Assembly: GCA_044868695.1 (NCBI GenBank) | Contig: JBIOWP010000063.1 | Coordinates: forward strand, 1-32,019 | Direction: 5' to 3' | Length of the DNA stretch: 32,019 nt | Origin: a bacterium | Lineage (GTDB): Bacteria; Sysuimicrobiota; Sysuimicrobiia; Sysuimicrobiales; Kaftiobacteriaceae | Shown here: positions 8,865 to 18,463 of the stretch, piece after piece | How the letters are laid out: every line of letters begins with the position of its first letter | How positions within the stretch are numbered: position 1 is the first letter of the stretch | Notes under the pieces: model-generated | Databases searched by the model: none | Told to the model about the DNA's origin: nothing | The model's input: only the letters and a program-made list of their open reading frames with translations | Position numbers and translations under genes: made by a program

Positions 8865-10577
8865 TCAGCTACTCCTCGTCCCTTCAATAAGACTCCGAGC
8901 CTCTTTCAACGCCTGCATCAACCTGTTTCTCCCCCGCACCGCCGCCACCCGCAGGGCTTTTGCCTTATCCGACTCCGGGTCCACCTCAGCCAGACGCGCG
9001 GCCTCGGCCAGCGGCGGCAGCTCCGGGATCGCGGTCGCAGGGTCATGGTCGAACCGGCCGGCCCGCGTGTACAAGACCGGAATCAGGATCCGTCCCAGCC
9101 GCATCAGCGCGCGGTTCGCGGCGGAGGGCTCCCCGGGGTCCCTTGTGAAACGCTCAGCCGCCTCCCGCAGGCGTTCGGCCTCCGCCACGCATTCCGAGAG
9201 GTCAAAACGGTCTCCCAGCGTTTCTGCCAGCCTGCGCACGCTCGAGGCCAGCTCCGCGGCGGTGGCGCCGTAATCGAACGGCAGAATAGGGGAGGTGCAG
9301 AGCACATGGACGGCGGCCGCGTAGATCTGCGCGTCTCGGGTCAGCGCGGCGGGATCCATCTTGTCCACGGTGTCTTCGGTCGTGTGCCACCACCAGCCTA
9401 GCCCGCCGCCGGCCGCGATGCCGGTCGCGGCGAAGTCACGGCTGGCTTCAGGTCCGTCGGCAGGGTGTTCGGACAGCGACATAAATAGCGACGGGACGCC
9501 GATCCCCACGAGCGACTGATCGCCCGATCTTCCCACGCGCGTGCCCTTGTAGTGCTGACCCGCAAGCTCGCCGATCACACGGACGCCAATCTCACGCGTC
9601 TCCGGCATGCAGTAGCCGGCATCCAGCACGGTCGCCCCGCGGCCGCCGACCGAGTCGATGTACAAATACACGGCGCACCGCGCGTCGAGCTCGTCCCAGT
9701 GCGTATCGACATACCAGGTCGAGCCGGCGTACCGGCCGTGAGAGTGGCCCGACCAGAAGGCCAGCCGCAGCCCGCGTCGCGGCCGTTCCCGGGCCAGCAG
9801 CCGGCCGATTTCCATCATCGCGGCGTTCGCGCCGCCGTTGTCCATTGCGCCGTAATGCCAGGAGTCGACGTGGCCGGCCAGCAGGACAAACGTGTCTTCC
9901 TCGGCGCCCAGGACATCCGCAGTGAGCAGCGGCAGCTTCACCCAACCCGTTTGCACGGCGGTCGTCAGGTGAAACCGCGGTGTCCGGCCGAACGCCAGAG
10001 ACGCCCGCACGCGCGACGCTCCCTCGCCCGCGGTGGAGACCACCGGCACAGCCGGCAGCCGGTCCAGCTGCTCGGCGTTGGGGCTGCCCCAGATCGTAGA
10101 GACGATCATCTCGTGGACGAGGGGATCGCGGTTGAGGAACACGAGACCCGCCGCTCCCGCAGCCTGGAGCGCTCTGACCGCGGCCGGCACCGCCAGGCCG
10201 TCGACGACGGCAATCTTGTCCGCAACCGCAGAGAGATCGTCCCCGGTATCGGCGACGTAGACGCCCCTGGCCGAGAGTCCGTCGGACGGAGTGGACGCGG
10301 CGAAGCTGTGCGTGATGCAGGGAATCTCATCGGGGTCGGGATCCACGATGCGGAGCGAACCCGACACCGGCAGGCTGATGAGCGCGTCGTGCTCCAGCAG
10401 CTGCGTGCGCAGTCCGGCTTCGTGCAGCCGGCGCTCAATGTACGCGAACGCCTCGCGCTCTTCCGCCGATCCCGACAGGCGCACCCACCTGGCGATGGCG
10501 CGCGTGTCCTCCATCAACCGGTCGGCGCTGACCGCGCTCGCCACGCGCCGCGTATCCTGCTCCAAACTCTTGGGCAT
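8865..10577 (-). CDS. M28-family metallopeptidase with PA domain
   Basis: AGHVDSWHYGAMDNGGAN, FWSGHSHGRYAGS, WWWHTTEDT. Start set at ATG 10577 (MPKSLEQ), which follows the SD GAGGAGG. Confidence 0.88.
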   Translation of the reverse strand: MPKSLEQDTRRVASAVSADRLMEDTRAIARWVRLSGSAEEREAFAYIERRLHEAGLRTQLLEHDALISLPVSGSLRIVDPDPDEIPCITHSFAASTPSDGLSARGVYVADTGDDLSAVADKIAVVDGLAVPAAVRALQAAGAAGLVFLNRDPLVHEMIVSTIWGSPNAEQLDRLPAVPVVSTAGEGASRVRASLAFGRTPRFHLTTAVQTGWVKLPLLTADVLGAEEDTFVLLAGHVDSWHYGAMDNGGANAAMMEIGRLLARERPRRGLRLAFWSGHSHGRYAGSTWYVDTHWDELDARCAVYLYIDSVGGRGATVLDAGYCMPETREIGVRVIGELAGQHYKGTRVGRSGDQSLVGIGVPSLFMSLSEHPADGPEASRDFAATGIAAGGGLGWWWHTTEDTVDKMDPAALTRDAQIYAAAVHVLCTSPILPFDYGATAAELASSVRRLAETLGDRFDLSECVAEAERLREAAERFTRDPGEPSAANRALMRLGRILIPVLYTRAGRFDHDPATAIPELPPLAEAARLAEVDPESDKAKALRVAAVRGRNRLMQALKEARSLIEGTRSS

Positions 10578-10590
10578 TAGGGTTCCCTCC

Positions 10591-11373
10591 TCATCCGAGC
10601 ATCCACTTGCCGCCGTCGACGCTGATGGTCTGGCCGGTGACGTACGAGGCGTTGTCGGAGGCGAAGAAGACGACGGCCCTCGCGATCTCCTCTGGCTTGC
10701 CCAACCGGCGCAGCGCAATCGATTCTACGAACTGCCGCTGGCCCTCCTTGCCCATCGCCTCCCACTGCTTCTCGGTCGCGGGGTTGGACCGCACAAACCC
10801 CGGCGCGACGCAGTTCACGCGGATGCCGAACGGCCCCAGCTCCACCGCGGTCTGGCGAGTGAACCCGATCAACCCCGCTTTCGCGCTCGCGTACGCCTGG
10901 ATGCCGGTGAGGCTGTAGGACCGGCCGGCTCCTGAGGAGATATTCACGATGGCGCCGGACTTCTGCTGCTTCATCATCGGCGCCACCGCGCGCGTGAAGT
11001 GGAACGCGCCGTCCAGGTTGATGGCGAAGATGCGTCGCCAGTCGTCGTCGCTGACCTGGTCCACCGGCCGCATCGTCTGTCCCGCCACGCCCCCGGCGGT
11101 GTTGACCAGCACGTCGATCCGGCCGTCCTGCTTCGCAGCACGTTGCGCGAACGCCGCCACCTGCGCCGCCTCGGTCACGTCCACGACGCCGGTCACACAG
11201 CGCCCGCCGGCCTGGGCCTTGACCTCCGCCTCGGTCTCCGCCAGCTCACGGGCGAGGATGTCGCACGCCCACACCCGCGCACCCTCGCGCGCCAGCTCGA
11301 CGCAGATCGCCCGGCCGATGCCGTGCGCAGCGCCGGTGACGATTGCGACCCGGTCTTCTAACCTGGTTGTCAT
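10591..11373 (-). CDS. Short-chain dehydrogenase/reductase (FabG-like)
   Basis: VTGAAHGIG, LVNTAGG, NISS, YASAK (YxxxK), RVNCVAPG, VDGG. ATG 11373 overlaps the upstream stop (ATGA). Confidence 0.93.
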   Translation of the reverse strand: MTTRLEDRVAIVTGAAHGIGRAICVELAREGARVWACDILARELAETEAEVKAQAGGRCVTGVVDVTEAAQVAAFAQRAAKQDGRIDVLVNTAGGVAGQTMRPVDQVSDDDWRRIFAINLDGAFHFTRAVAPMMKQQKSGAIVNISSGAGRSYSLTGIQAYASAKAGLIGFTRQTAVELGPFGIRVNCVAPGFVRSNPATEKQWEAMGKEGQRQFVESIALRRLGKPEEIARAVVFFASDNASYVTGQTISVDGGKWMLG

Positions 11374-12260
11374 CGCAGCCCTCGCAGGCGGGGATCCAGC
11401 AAATCGCGCAGCCCATCCCCAATCAAATTGAACCCGATCACGGTAACCAGGATCGCCAGCCCAGGGAAGGTGGCGATCCAGGGCGCCGTGAGCATGTACG
11501 ATCGCCCGGTGGCCAGCATCGACCCCCACTCGGGCGTCGGCGGGCTCGCGCCCAGCCCAAGGAAGGACAGCCCGGCCGTCTCCACGATCATGAAGCCCAC
11601 GGTCAGCGTCGCCATGACGATGATCGGAGACACGATGTTCGGGAGGACGTGATGCCGCAGGATCCGCAGGGGCCCGGCCCCCACCGCCCGCGCCGCCTCC
11701 ACGAACTCTTCCTCCTTGATCTGCAGCACGGCGCCGCGCACCACCCGCGCGAACTGGGGCGTGTAGACGATGCCGATCGCCACCATCGCGTTGATCAGGC
11801 TGGGGCCGAGGATCGCCACGACGATCATCGCCAGCAGCAGGTAGGGGAAGGCCAGCAGGATATCCACGATGCGCATCAGCACCGCGTCCACCCGCCGGCC
11901 GAAATAGCCCGACAGCACCCCGATCACGACCCCCAGCGCGGTGGCGATGCCGTCCGAGATCACCCCCACCACCAGCGCGATGCGGGCGCCGTAGACCACG
12001 CGCGAGAAGATGTCGCGGCCGAACTCATCGGTGCCGAACCAGTGGACCGGCGACGGAGCCTGCAGCTGGTCTCGAAACGCCTGGTCGATCGGGCTGTGCG
12101 GCGTCACCAGCGGCGCGAAGAGCGCGGCGGCCACAACGAGCAGCGAGATCGCGCCGCCCGCGAGGAAGTTGGAGTTGCGGAACAGCCGTCTCCAGGACAG
12201 CGCGGCGAGGCGGCGCTGCGGCGCGCGGATGGCGACGGCCTCGGCCCGGGCGCTGGTCAT
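11370..12260 (-). CDS. Dpp/Opp-family ABC transporter permease (DppC-like), cassette 2
   Basis: HWFGTDEFGRDIFSR, EAA loop FVEAARAVGA, GLSFLGLG..PPTPEWG. Confidence 0.93.
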   Translation of the reverse strand: MTSARAEAVAIRAPQRRLAALSWRRLFRNSNFLAGGAISLLVVAAALFAPLVTPHSPIDQAFRDQLQAPSPVHWFGTDEFGRDIFSRVVYGARIALVVGVISDGIATALGVVIGVLSGYFGRRVDAVLMRIVDILLAFPYLLLAMIVVAILGPSLINAMVAIGIVYTPQFARVVRGAVLQIKEEEFVEAARAVGAGPLRILRHHVLPNIVSPIIVMATLTVGFMIVETAGLSFLGLGASPPTPEWGSMLATGRSYMLTAPWIATFPGLAILVTVIGFNLIGDGLRDLLDPRLRGLR

Positions 12261-13261
12261 TCGAATCGAATCCTGGGATCGAGATACGCGTACAGCACGT
12301 CCACGACGAGGTTCGCCACTACGAAGACCGCCGCCGCGATGAGCACGACGCCCTGCACCAGCGGGTAGTCCCTCGCCAGCACGCTCGTGATCGCCAGCCG
12401 CCCCAATCCCGGCAGCGCGAAGATCGTCTCTGTGAGCACCGCGCCGCTGAGCAGCAGCCCCAGCTGCAGCCCCACGAGGGTGACCACCGGCAGCAGCGCA
12501 TTCCGCAGGGCGTGGCGGTTGACCACGCGCCGTTCGGCCAGCCCCTTCGCGCGGGCGGTACGGATGAAGTCCAGTCCCAGCACGTCCAGCATCGTCGACC
12601 GGGCCATGCGGGCGACCGCGGCCATGGCCGTGGCCCCCAGCGCCACGGCCGGCAGGACCAGGTGGCGGAGGCTGCTGTAGACCAGGGGCACGTTGCCGCT
12701 GATCAGACCATCCAAGAGCGGCATGCCGGTCACGCGGCGGTAGACCAGGCTCTGGTCGAGCAACCCGCCCAGGGGCAGCCAGCCCAGGATCCCGCCGAAC
12801 ACCAGCAGCAGCAGGATGCCCGTCCAGAAGACCGGCATCGACACGCCGACGAGCACCCCGATCATCGATCCGGTGTCCACGGCCGAATGGGGATAGCGGG
12901 CGGCCAGCATCCCGATGAGCAGCCCGACGACAACCGCCAGCACCAGCGCGGCGAGACTCAGCTGCACCGTCACCGGCAGCGCCTGCAGGATTTCCCAGAT
13001 CACGGGCTGGCGCGTCCGCAGGGACACGCCGAAGTCTCCGCGCACGGCCCCCGCCAGAAACCGCAGGTACTGGATGTAGACGGGACGGTCCAGGCCCAGC
13101 TGGTGGCGCAAGCGCTCCAGGTCGGCCTCGGTACCCTTGTCTCCCAGCAGCAACTGCGCCACGTCACCCGGGATCACGTGCATCCCGAAGAACACGAGGG
13201 CGCTCACACCCAGCAGCACGGGGACAAGCTGAAGCAAACGCTGGCGGATGTACGTCAGCAT
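12257..13261 (-). CDS. Dpp/Opp-family ABC transporter permease (DppB-like), cassette 2
   Basis: PGD, LGLDRP..QY, GDFGVS, DFIRTARAKGL, ETIFALPGLG, RDYPLVQG, LDPRIR. Start is ATG 13261 (alternative GTG 13279). Confidence 0.93.
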   Translation of the reverse strand: MLTYIRQRLLQLVPVLLGVSALVFFGMHVIPGDVAQLLLGDKGTEADLERLRHQLGLDRPVYIQYLRFLAGAVRGDFGVSLRTRQPVIWEILQALPVTVQLSLAALVLAVVVGLLIGMLAARYPHSAVDTGSMIGVLVGVSMPVFWTGILLLLVFGGILGWLPLGGLLDQSLVYRRVTGMPLLDGLISGNVPLVYSSLRHLVLPAVALGATAMAAVARMARSTMLDVLGLDFIRTARAKGLAERRVVNRHALRNALLPVVTLVGLQLGLLLSGAVLTETIFALPGLGRLAITSVLARDYPLVQGVVLIAAAVFVVANLVVDVLYAYLDPRIRFE

Positions 13262-13293
13262 GCCGTCATTCTCGCGCACGGACCGAAACCAGA

Positions 13294-13318
13294 GGCCCTG
13301 CCGGGTGCCGGCAGGGCC
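13294..13318 (-). other. Hairpin 3' of the SBP gene (probable mRNA stability or attenuation element)
   Basis: GGCCCTGCCGG-GTG-CCGGCAGGGCC, a perfect 11-bp stem. Confidence 0.65.
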
Positions 13319-13345
13319 CCCAGATTCCGGCGGGTCGCACGCGGC

Positions 13346-14956
13346 CTACTCCAGTGACACCCGCTCCATATAGAAGAACATCTGCAGCGGGTTCAACAGG
13401 AACCCCTTCACGTTTGCGCGCGCGGCCCGGACCTGGTTGGTGTGGTTCATGAAGATCCACGGCGCGCCGTCGTGGAGGAGCTTGTTGGCCTGTTCGTACA
13501 GCCTCGCCCGCTTGGCCTGATCCGTCGTGCGCCGGGCATCGCGCAGGAGCCGGTCGTACGCGGGGTTGTGATGCCGCGCGGTGTTGTTGGCCCGCGCCCG
13601 GCCGTTGGCGATGTCCCACTCGAACAGGTCGCCCAGGAAGTTGTCAGGGTCGCCGTTGTCCCCGGACCACCCGGCGATCGCAAACCCTTCCCACGGCTGG
13701 CGGCGGAACCGGTCCAGGTAGGCGCCCCACTCATACTGCGTGATCTTGACGTTCACGCCGACTTTGGCCAGATAGCTCTGCACCGCCTCCCCGAGCTTCG
13801 CCCCGCCGATGGGGTTGTACCCGCGCGGGTTGGCATACACCATCATGTCCGTGGAGAAGCCGTTGGGGAATCCGGCTTCCGCCAGCAGTGCCTTCGCCTT
13901 GGTGACGTCGTAGGGGTACGGATGCACGTTCTTGTTGTAGCCCCACAGGACCGGCGGGATGCCCTGGCTGGCCGTGGTCGCCCCGGCGTACAGCCCCTGG
14001 TTGATCGCGTCCTTGTCGACCGCGTAGTTCATCGCCTGGCGCACGCGGCGGTCCTTGGTGGGGCCCAGGTCGTTGGCCATCGCGACGCCGAGGATCGTGA
14101 GCCCCGGCTGGCGGAAGAGCTGCAGCGCCCGGTTGTTCTGGATGCGCGTGTAGTCCGACGGCGGCACGTCGGCGAGGATCTGCACCTCGTTGCGCTCCAG
14201 CGCGAGCATGCGGGTCGCGCTCTCCGGCACGATCTTGAAGATGATGCGGTCGACCTTCGGCCGGCCGCCCCAGTAGTCTGGGTTGGCTTCCACGGTCACG
14301 TGGTCGTTGCGCACGGCCTCCACGAACTTGAACGGGCCGGTGCCGACCGGATGCTGGCCGGCGTCGCAGTTGTACTGTTTGGTCGCCGCCGGGCTCATGA
14401 TGCCCTGCCAGACCATCGCCACGCTGGTGAGGAACGGCGCGCTGGGCTCCGGCAGCGTGAACCGCAGCGTGTACTCGTCGACGACGGCCATCTTCGCCAC
14501 CGTGCCGTCCTTGACCGAGCCGAACGTAAACTCGTCGAACGTGTCGACGCCCTTGCGGGCGAGGACGAAGCAGGGGTTGTTGGGATTGATGGCGCGGTCG
14601 ATGTCTTCGCCGACCGTACGGGCGTTCATCGGGGTGCCGTCATGGAACTTCACGCCCCGGCGGAGATTGAAGGTGAAGACCTTCCCGTCGGGCGACACCG
14701 TCCACGACTCCGCCAGCCCGGGGCCCACTTCGCTGGATCCCGGTTTGTAGTTCACCAGCGAATCGAAGATCGTAGCCATGATGAAGCCCGACTCGTTGTT
14801 CTGCACCGTCTGGGGATCGAGCCCGGTCTGGTCCGCGCCGATTGCGATGACCAGGGTCTTCTGCGGCTGGGCTCCCGCCGGTTCACCGAGACCGATCGCG
14901 AGGAGCCCCGCGGTCACACACACCAGCACAAGCCAGCTCCCGACAACTCGTCTCAT
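13346..14956 (-). CDS. ABC transporter substrate-binding protein, family 5 (DppA-like), cassette 2
   Basis: Signal peptide; LAESWTVSPDG..FTFNLRRGVKFHDGTP, PVGTGPF, VRQAMNYAVD, GWSGDNGDPDNF. Confidence 0.94.
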   Translation of the reverse strand: MRRVVGSWLVLVCVTAGLLAIGLGEPAGAQPQKTLVIAIGADQTGLDPQTVQNNESGFIMATIFDSLVNYKPGSSEVGPGLAESWTVSPDGKVFTFNLRRGVKFHDGTPMNARTVGEDIDRAINPNNPCFVLARKGVDTFDEFTFGSVKDGTVAKMAVVDEYTLRFTLPEPSAPFLTSVAMVWQGIMSPAATKQYNCDAGQHPVGTGPFKFVEAVRNDHVTVEANPDYWGGRPKVDRIIFKIVPESATRMLALERNEVQILADVPPSDYTRIQNNRALQLFRQPGLTILGVAMANDLGPTKDRRVRQAMNYAVDKDAINQGLYAGATTASQGIPPVLWGYNKNVHPYPYDVTKAKALLAEAGFPNGFSTDMMVYANPRGYNPIGGAKLGEAVQSYLAKVGVNVKITQYEWGAYLDRFRRQPWEGFAIAGWSGDNGDPDNFLGDLFEWDIANGRARANNTARHHNPAYDRLLRDARRTTDQAKRARLYEQANKLLHDGAPWIFMNHTNQVRAARANVKGFLLNPLQMFFYMERVSLE

Positions 14957-15030
14957 CTCTCACCCTCCCTATGGGTCGCGCTGCTGGAAGATGCTAATAG
15001 AGTTTGTGAGGCCTGCGAGTTCTCCCTGCC

Positions 15031-15837
15031 CTAGCCGCCGGGCCGCAGCACGTCGGCCAGCCCATCGCCGACCAGGCTGAACGCGACACCGGTGATGAGT
15101 ATTGCCAAACCCGGCATCGCCGATAGCCACCACGCCGTCGCCAGGAATGTGCGGCCTTCGGCGATCATCAGGCCCCACTCCGGCGCCGGCGGCTGCGCGC
15201 CGAGCCCCAGAAAACTCAGTGACGTGCCCAGCAGGATGTTCAGCACGACGTCGGACATCGAAAAGATGATCGCAGGGGTGATAACGTTGGGCAGGACGTG
15301 GCGCAGGATGATGCGGCGGTCGCTGTTGCCGAGCACGCGGGCCGCCTCCACGTAGTCCCGGGCGCGTACCACCAGCGTCTCGCCGCGCACGATGCGCGCG
15401 TAGGCGATCCATCCCACCAGCCAGATGGCGATGAACATGTTCCGCAACCCGGTACCCAGCATCGCCACCAGGCCGATGACCAGCACGAAGAAGGGGAACG
15501 CCACGACGATGTCCACGACGCGCATGATCACGGCGTCGAGCCGGCCGCCGTAATAGCCGGCCAGCAGGCCCAGCGCCGTCCCCGCCACCAGCGTCACCGA
15601 TGTCGCGAGGATTCCGATCATCAGGTCGATGCGGGCGCCGTAGAGCAGCCGGGCCAGCAGGTCGCGCCCGAAGTTATCGGTGCCGAGCGGGTGGTCCGCG
15701 CTGGGTCCTTCGAAGGTGCGGTTCAGGTCGTGGCGGCTCGGGTCGTACGGCGTCAGCAGCGGCGCGCCCGCGGCCGCGCCGGCGACGAGGGCCATCAGGA
15801 TCGATCCGATCACCAGCGTGGGGCTGCGTCTGGCCAT
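15031..15837 (-). CDS. Dpp/Opp-family ABC transporter permease (DppC-like), cassette 1
   Basis: HPLGTDNFGRD, YVEAARVLG, LSFLGLGAQPPAPEWG. Confidence 0.93.
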   Translation of the reverse strand: MARRSPTLVIGSILMALVAGAAAGAPLLTPYDPSRHDLNRTFEGPSADHPLGTDNFGRDLLARLLYGARIDLMIGILATSVTLVAGTALGLLAGYYGGRLDAVIMRVVDIVVAFPFFVLVIGLVAMLGTGLRNMFIAIWLVGWIAYARIVRGETLVVRARDYVEAARVLGNSDRRIILRHVLPNVITPAIIFSMSDVVLNILLGTSLSFLGLGAQPPAPEWGLMIAEGRTFLATAWWLSAMPGLAILITGVAFSLVGDGLADVLRPGG

Positions 15838-15840
15838 CGG

Positions 15841-16785
15841 TCAGTCGAAGCGGATGCGCGGATCCAGCGCGACGTACGCCAGGTCCACCAGCAGGTTGAT
15901 GAGGATGATCAGCACCGCGAAGATCAACGTGATGCCCTGCACCACCGGATAGTCGCGCTGGTAGATGGCGGTCACCAGCATCGCGCCGACCCCGGGCAGC
16001 GAGAAGACCGTCTCGATGACCACCGTCCCGCCGACCAGATAGGTAAGGTTCACACCCAGCACCGTGATGGTGCTGAGGATCGCGTTGCGCAGCACGTGCC
16101 GGCGCATCACGGCGCCTTCGGCCAGGCCTTTGGCGCGCGCGGTGCGCACGTAGTCGGCGCGCAGCACCTCCAGCAGCCCCGAGCGCAGGCTGCGGATAAG
16201 GATCGCGGCCAGGGCGAGCGCGACGGTGAACGACGGCAGGAAGAGGTGGTGGAACCGGTCGGGCCACGTGTCGCCGTAGCCGGAGACCGGAAACAATCGC
16301 AGCTTCAGACTGAACACGAGAATGAAGATGATCCCCAGCCAGAACGACGGGACGGCCAGCCCGACCAGGAACGACGCGCGGATGGCGTGGTCGAGAGGCC
16401 GGTCTTTGCGGCGCGCGGCGAGGATCGCCGGGGGGATCGTAAAGACCGCGGCCAGCAGAGCGCTGAACAGAACCAGGAGCAGCGTCGGCGGCAGGCGTTC
16501 CAGGACGAGCGCGGTGACCGGCTGCTTGCTGATGAGCGAGTCGCCCAGATCTCCGCGCACCAGACCGGCGAGAAACCCCAGGTACTGCAGGTGAAACGGC
16601 CGGGTCAGACCCAGGACGTCCCGCAGGCGCTCGACGGCTTCCGGGGTCGCCCGGATGCCCAGGATTGCAATGGCGGGATCGCCGGGCACGAGCTTCAACA
16701 GCAGGAAGACGAGAAAGGTGACGCCGACCGCCACCGGCACGAGGTGCAGTAGCCTCAGCGCGATGAAGCGGGGGAGGCCGGTCAT
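15841..16785 (-). CDS. Dpp/Opp-family ABC transporter permease (DppB-like), cassette 1
   Basis: PGDPA, GDLGDS, DYVRTARAKGL, ETVFSLPGVG, RDYPVVQG, LDPRIR. Confidence 0.93.
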   Translation of the reverse strand: MTGLPRFIALRLLHLVPVAVGVTFLVFLLLKLVPGDPAIAILGIRATPEAVERLRDVLGLTRPFHLQYLGFLAGLVRGDLGDSLISKQPVTALVLERLPPTLLLVLFSALLAAVFTIPPAILAARRKDRPLDHAIRASFLVGLAVPSFWLGIIFILVFSLKLRLFPVSGYGDTWPDRFHHLFLPSFTVALALAAILIRSLRSGLLEVLRADYVRTARAKGLAEGAVMRRHVLRNAILSTITVLGVNLTYLVGGTVVIETVFSLPGVGAMLVTAIYQRDYPVVQGITLIFAVLIILINLLVDLAYVALDPRIRFD

Positions 16786-16794
16786 GACAAGGGG

Positions 16795-16826
16795 GCGGCG
16801 GGCGGAGCGAGCGCCCCGCCCGCCGC
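16795..16826 (-). other. Hairpin 3' of the SBP gene
   Basis: GCGGCGGGCGG (16795-16805) pairs with CCGCCCGCCGC (16816-16826). Confidence 0.65.
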
Positions 16827-16831
16827 GGCAG

Positions 16832-18370
16832 CTAGCGAGACAGCCAGGCCTTGCTCAGCGACCAGTAGCCCAGCGGGTTCTGTGAAAAGTCCTGCACCCA
16901 CTTGCGCGTGGCGTTGCGGAACGGGCTGTAGTACAAGGCCAGCATGTGCTGGTCGTTGTACCAGACCCGCTGGATCTGCCGGTACAGCTGCTCGCGCTTC
17001 GCTTGGTCCGGCTCGAGCCGTGCCTGCTGGGCGAGCTTAGAGACGGCGTCGTTCTTGTAGTTGGTAAAGAACGACTTGCCGCCCTGCGTATGGTCGATCG
17101 CGAAGCTGACCAGCTCGTCGGGGTCGATGATGTCGTTGGTCCAGTACTGCAGGGAGATGTCGTAGTCCCCCTTGTCCTGAGTGGGGATCAGCTGGCCGGG
17201 GTCGATCTGCTGGATGTTGGCGGTGACGCCGAGGATGCGCAGCTGCTCTTTAATCAGCGTCGCCACCTGGCTCCACGTCACGTCGCCGGCGCTGACTAGG
17301 AGGTTGATCTTAAAGCCGGTGGGCGCGGACGATTCCTTCATCAGCTGCAGCGCGCGGCCGGGGTCGAAGGGGTACGGCTTCAGGGACGTGTCCCACGCGA
17401 TCGCGCCCTTGGGCAGGAAGGAGCTGGCCGCCTCTCCGTGGCCGAACAACGCGGTCTTCACGATGGCGTTGCGGTCGATGGCCAGCGAGATCGCCTGCCG
17501 CACCTTGACGTCACTCAGCGGTTTGCGCGCGTTGTTGATCATCAGGTAGTCGGTCCGGGTGGACGTATTGAGGATCATGTTCACGTCCGCGTTATTCACG
17601 AGTTCGGTGATGCGGCTGAAGGGCACGAACCCGATGGCATCCACTTCTCCCGCCAGCAGCTTCAGCACGCGCGTGTTGTCGTCGGGGACGACCAGGAAGC
17701 GTACCGCGTCCAGCTTCACGTTCTTGGCGTCGTAGTAGTTGGGGTTCTTCTTGAGGAGGATGTAGTCGCCGCGCTTCCACTCCGCCATGTAGAACGGTCC
17801 CGAGCCCAGCGGCTTGCCGGCGAACGCGGCGGCCCCGACCTTCTCAAAGTACGCCTTGGGGTAGACGCCGGTGTCGAACAGCGCCAGGTCGGACAGGATC
17901 GGCGACCAACGGTTCTTCAAGCGCACCCGCACCGTCCGTGCGCTGGGGGTTTCCACTTTGTCGACCGCCGCCAGCGTCCAGCTCCAGGCGGCTTCCTTGG
18001 CCGAGCGGGCCCGGTCGATGGCGAAGGCCGCGTCGGTCGCTGTCAGCGGGGTGCCGTCGGAGAACTTGAGATTGGGCCGCAGGAAGAAGGTGTAAGTCTT
18101 GCCGTCGGCGCTGACCTCCCAGCGCTCGGCCAGGCCCGGCACGATCGTCCTGCCGTCGTCGCTGAACTTGACCAGCGACTCGAAGATATTGATGCCGACC
18201 CAGATATCGAGGTTGGCCGTCGAGGTGGGAAGGTCCATGGTGCTGCTGTCTGCGTCGCGGGCCAGCCGCAGTTCGCCGCCCATCTTGGGCGTCGTCTGCG
18301 CCCCGACCACCGCGGAAAGGACGAGAATAGCGAAAAAGGCCAGGAAATACCTGTTAAACTTCGCTGTCAT
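16832..18370 (-). CDS. ABC transporter substrate-binding protein, family 5, cassette 1
   Basis: Signal peptide; LAERWEVSADGKTYTFFLRPNLKFSDGTP, PLGSGPF, VRQAISLAIDR; SD GGAGG. Confidence 0.94.
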   Translation of the reverse strand: MTAKFNRYFLAFFAILVLSAVVGAQTTPKMGGELRLARDADSSTMDLPTSTANLDIWVGINIFESLVKFSDDGRTIVPGLAERWEVSADGKTYTFFLRPNLKFSDGTPLTATDAAFAIDRARSAKEAAWSWTLAAVDKVETPSARTVRVRLKNRWSPILSDLALFDTGVYPKAYFEKVGAAAFAGKPLGSGPFYMAEWKRGDYILLKKNPNYYDAKNVKLDAVRFLVVPDDNTRVLKLLAGEVDAIGFVPFSRITELVNNADVNMILNTSTRTDYLMINNARKPLSDVKVRQAISLAIDRNAIVKTALFGHGEAASSFLPKGAIAWDTSLKPYPFDPGRALQLMKESSAPTGFKINLLVSAGDVTWSQVATLIKEQLRILGVTANIQQIDPGQLIPTQDKGDYDISLQYWTNDIIDPDELVSFAIDHTQGGKSFFTNYKNDAVSKLAQQARLEPDQAKREQLYRQIQRVWYNDQHMLALYYSPFRNATRKWVQDFSQNPLGYWSLSKAWLSR

Positions 18371-18434
18371 CGGTGACCTCCGGGGGAAAATTGGAAGAAC
18401 TGTTCGTAGGGGGCTAGAGGAATCCCTTGTCTGG

Positions 18435-18462
18435 TCCCTGGTCCCCGGTCCCTGGTCCCGGG
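18435..18462. repeat. TCCC(T/C/G)GG heptamer tandem array
   Basis: TCCCTGG TCCCCGG TCCCTGG TCCCGGG immediately after the amidase stop codon. Confidence 0.8.
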
Positions 18463-18463
18463 T

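Noticed and set aside
7899..9401. Long antisense ORFs (also 13442-15034, 15298-16752, 29197-31260, 9552-10580 and others)
   Set aside because: They are shadow frames of well-supported genes in high-GC DNA, with no motifs or SD support.
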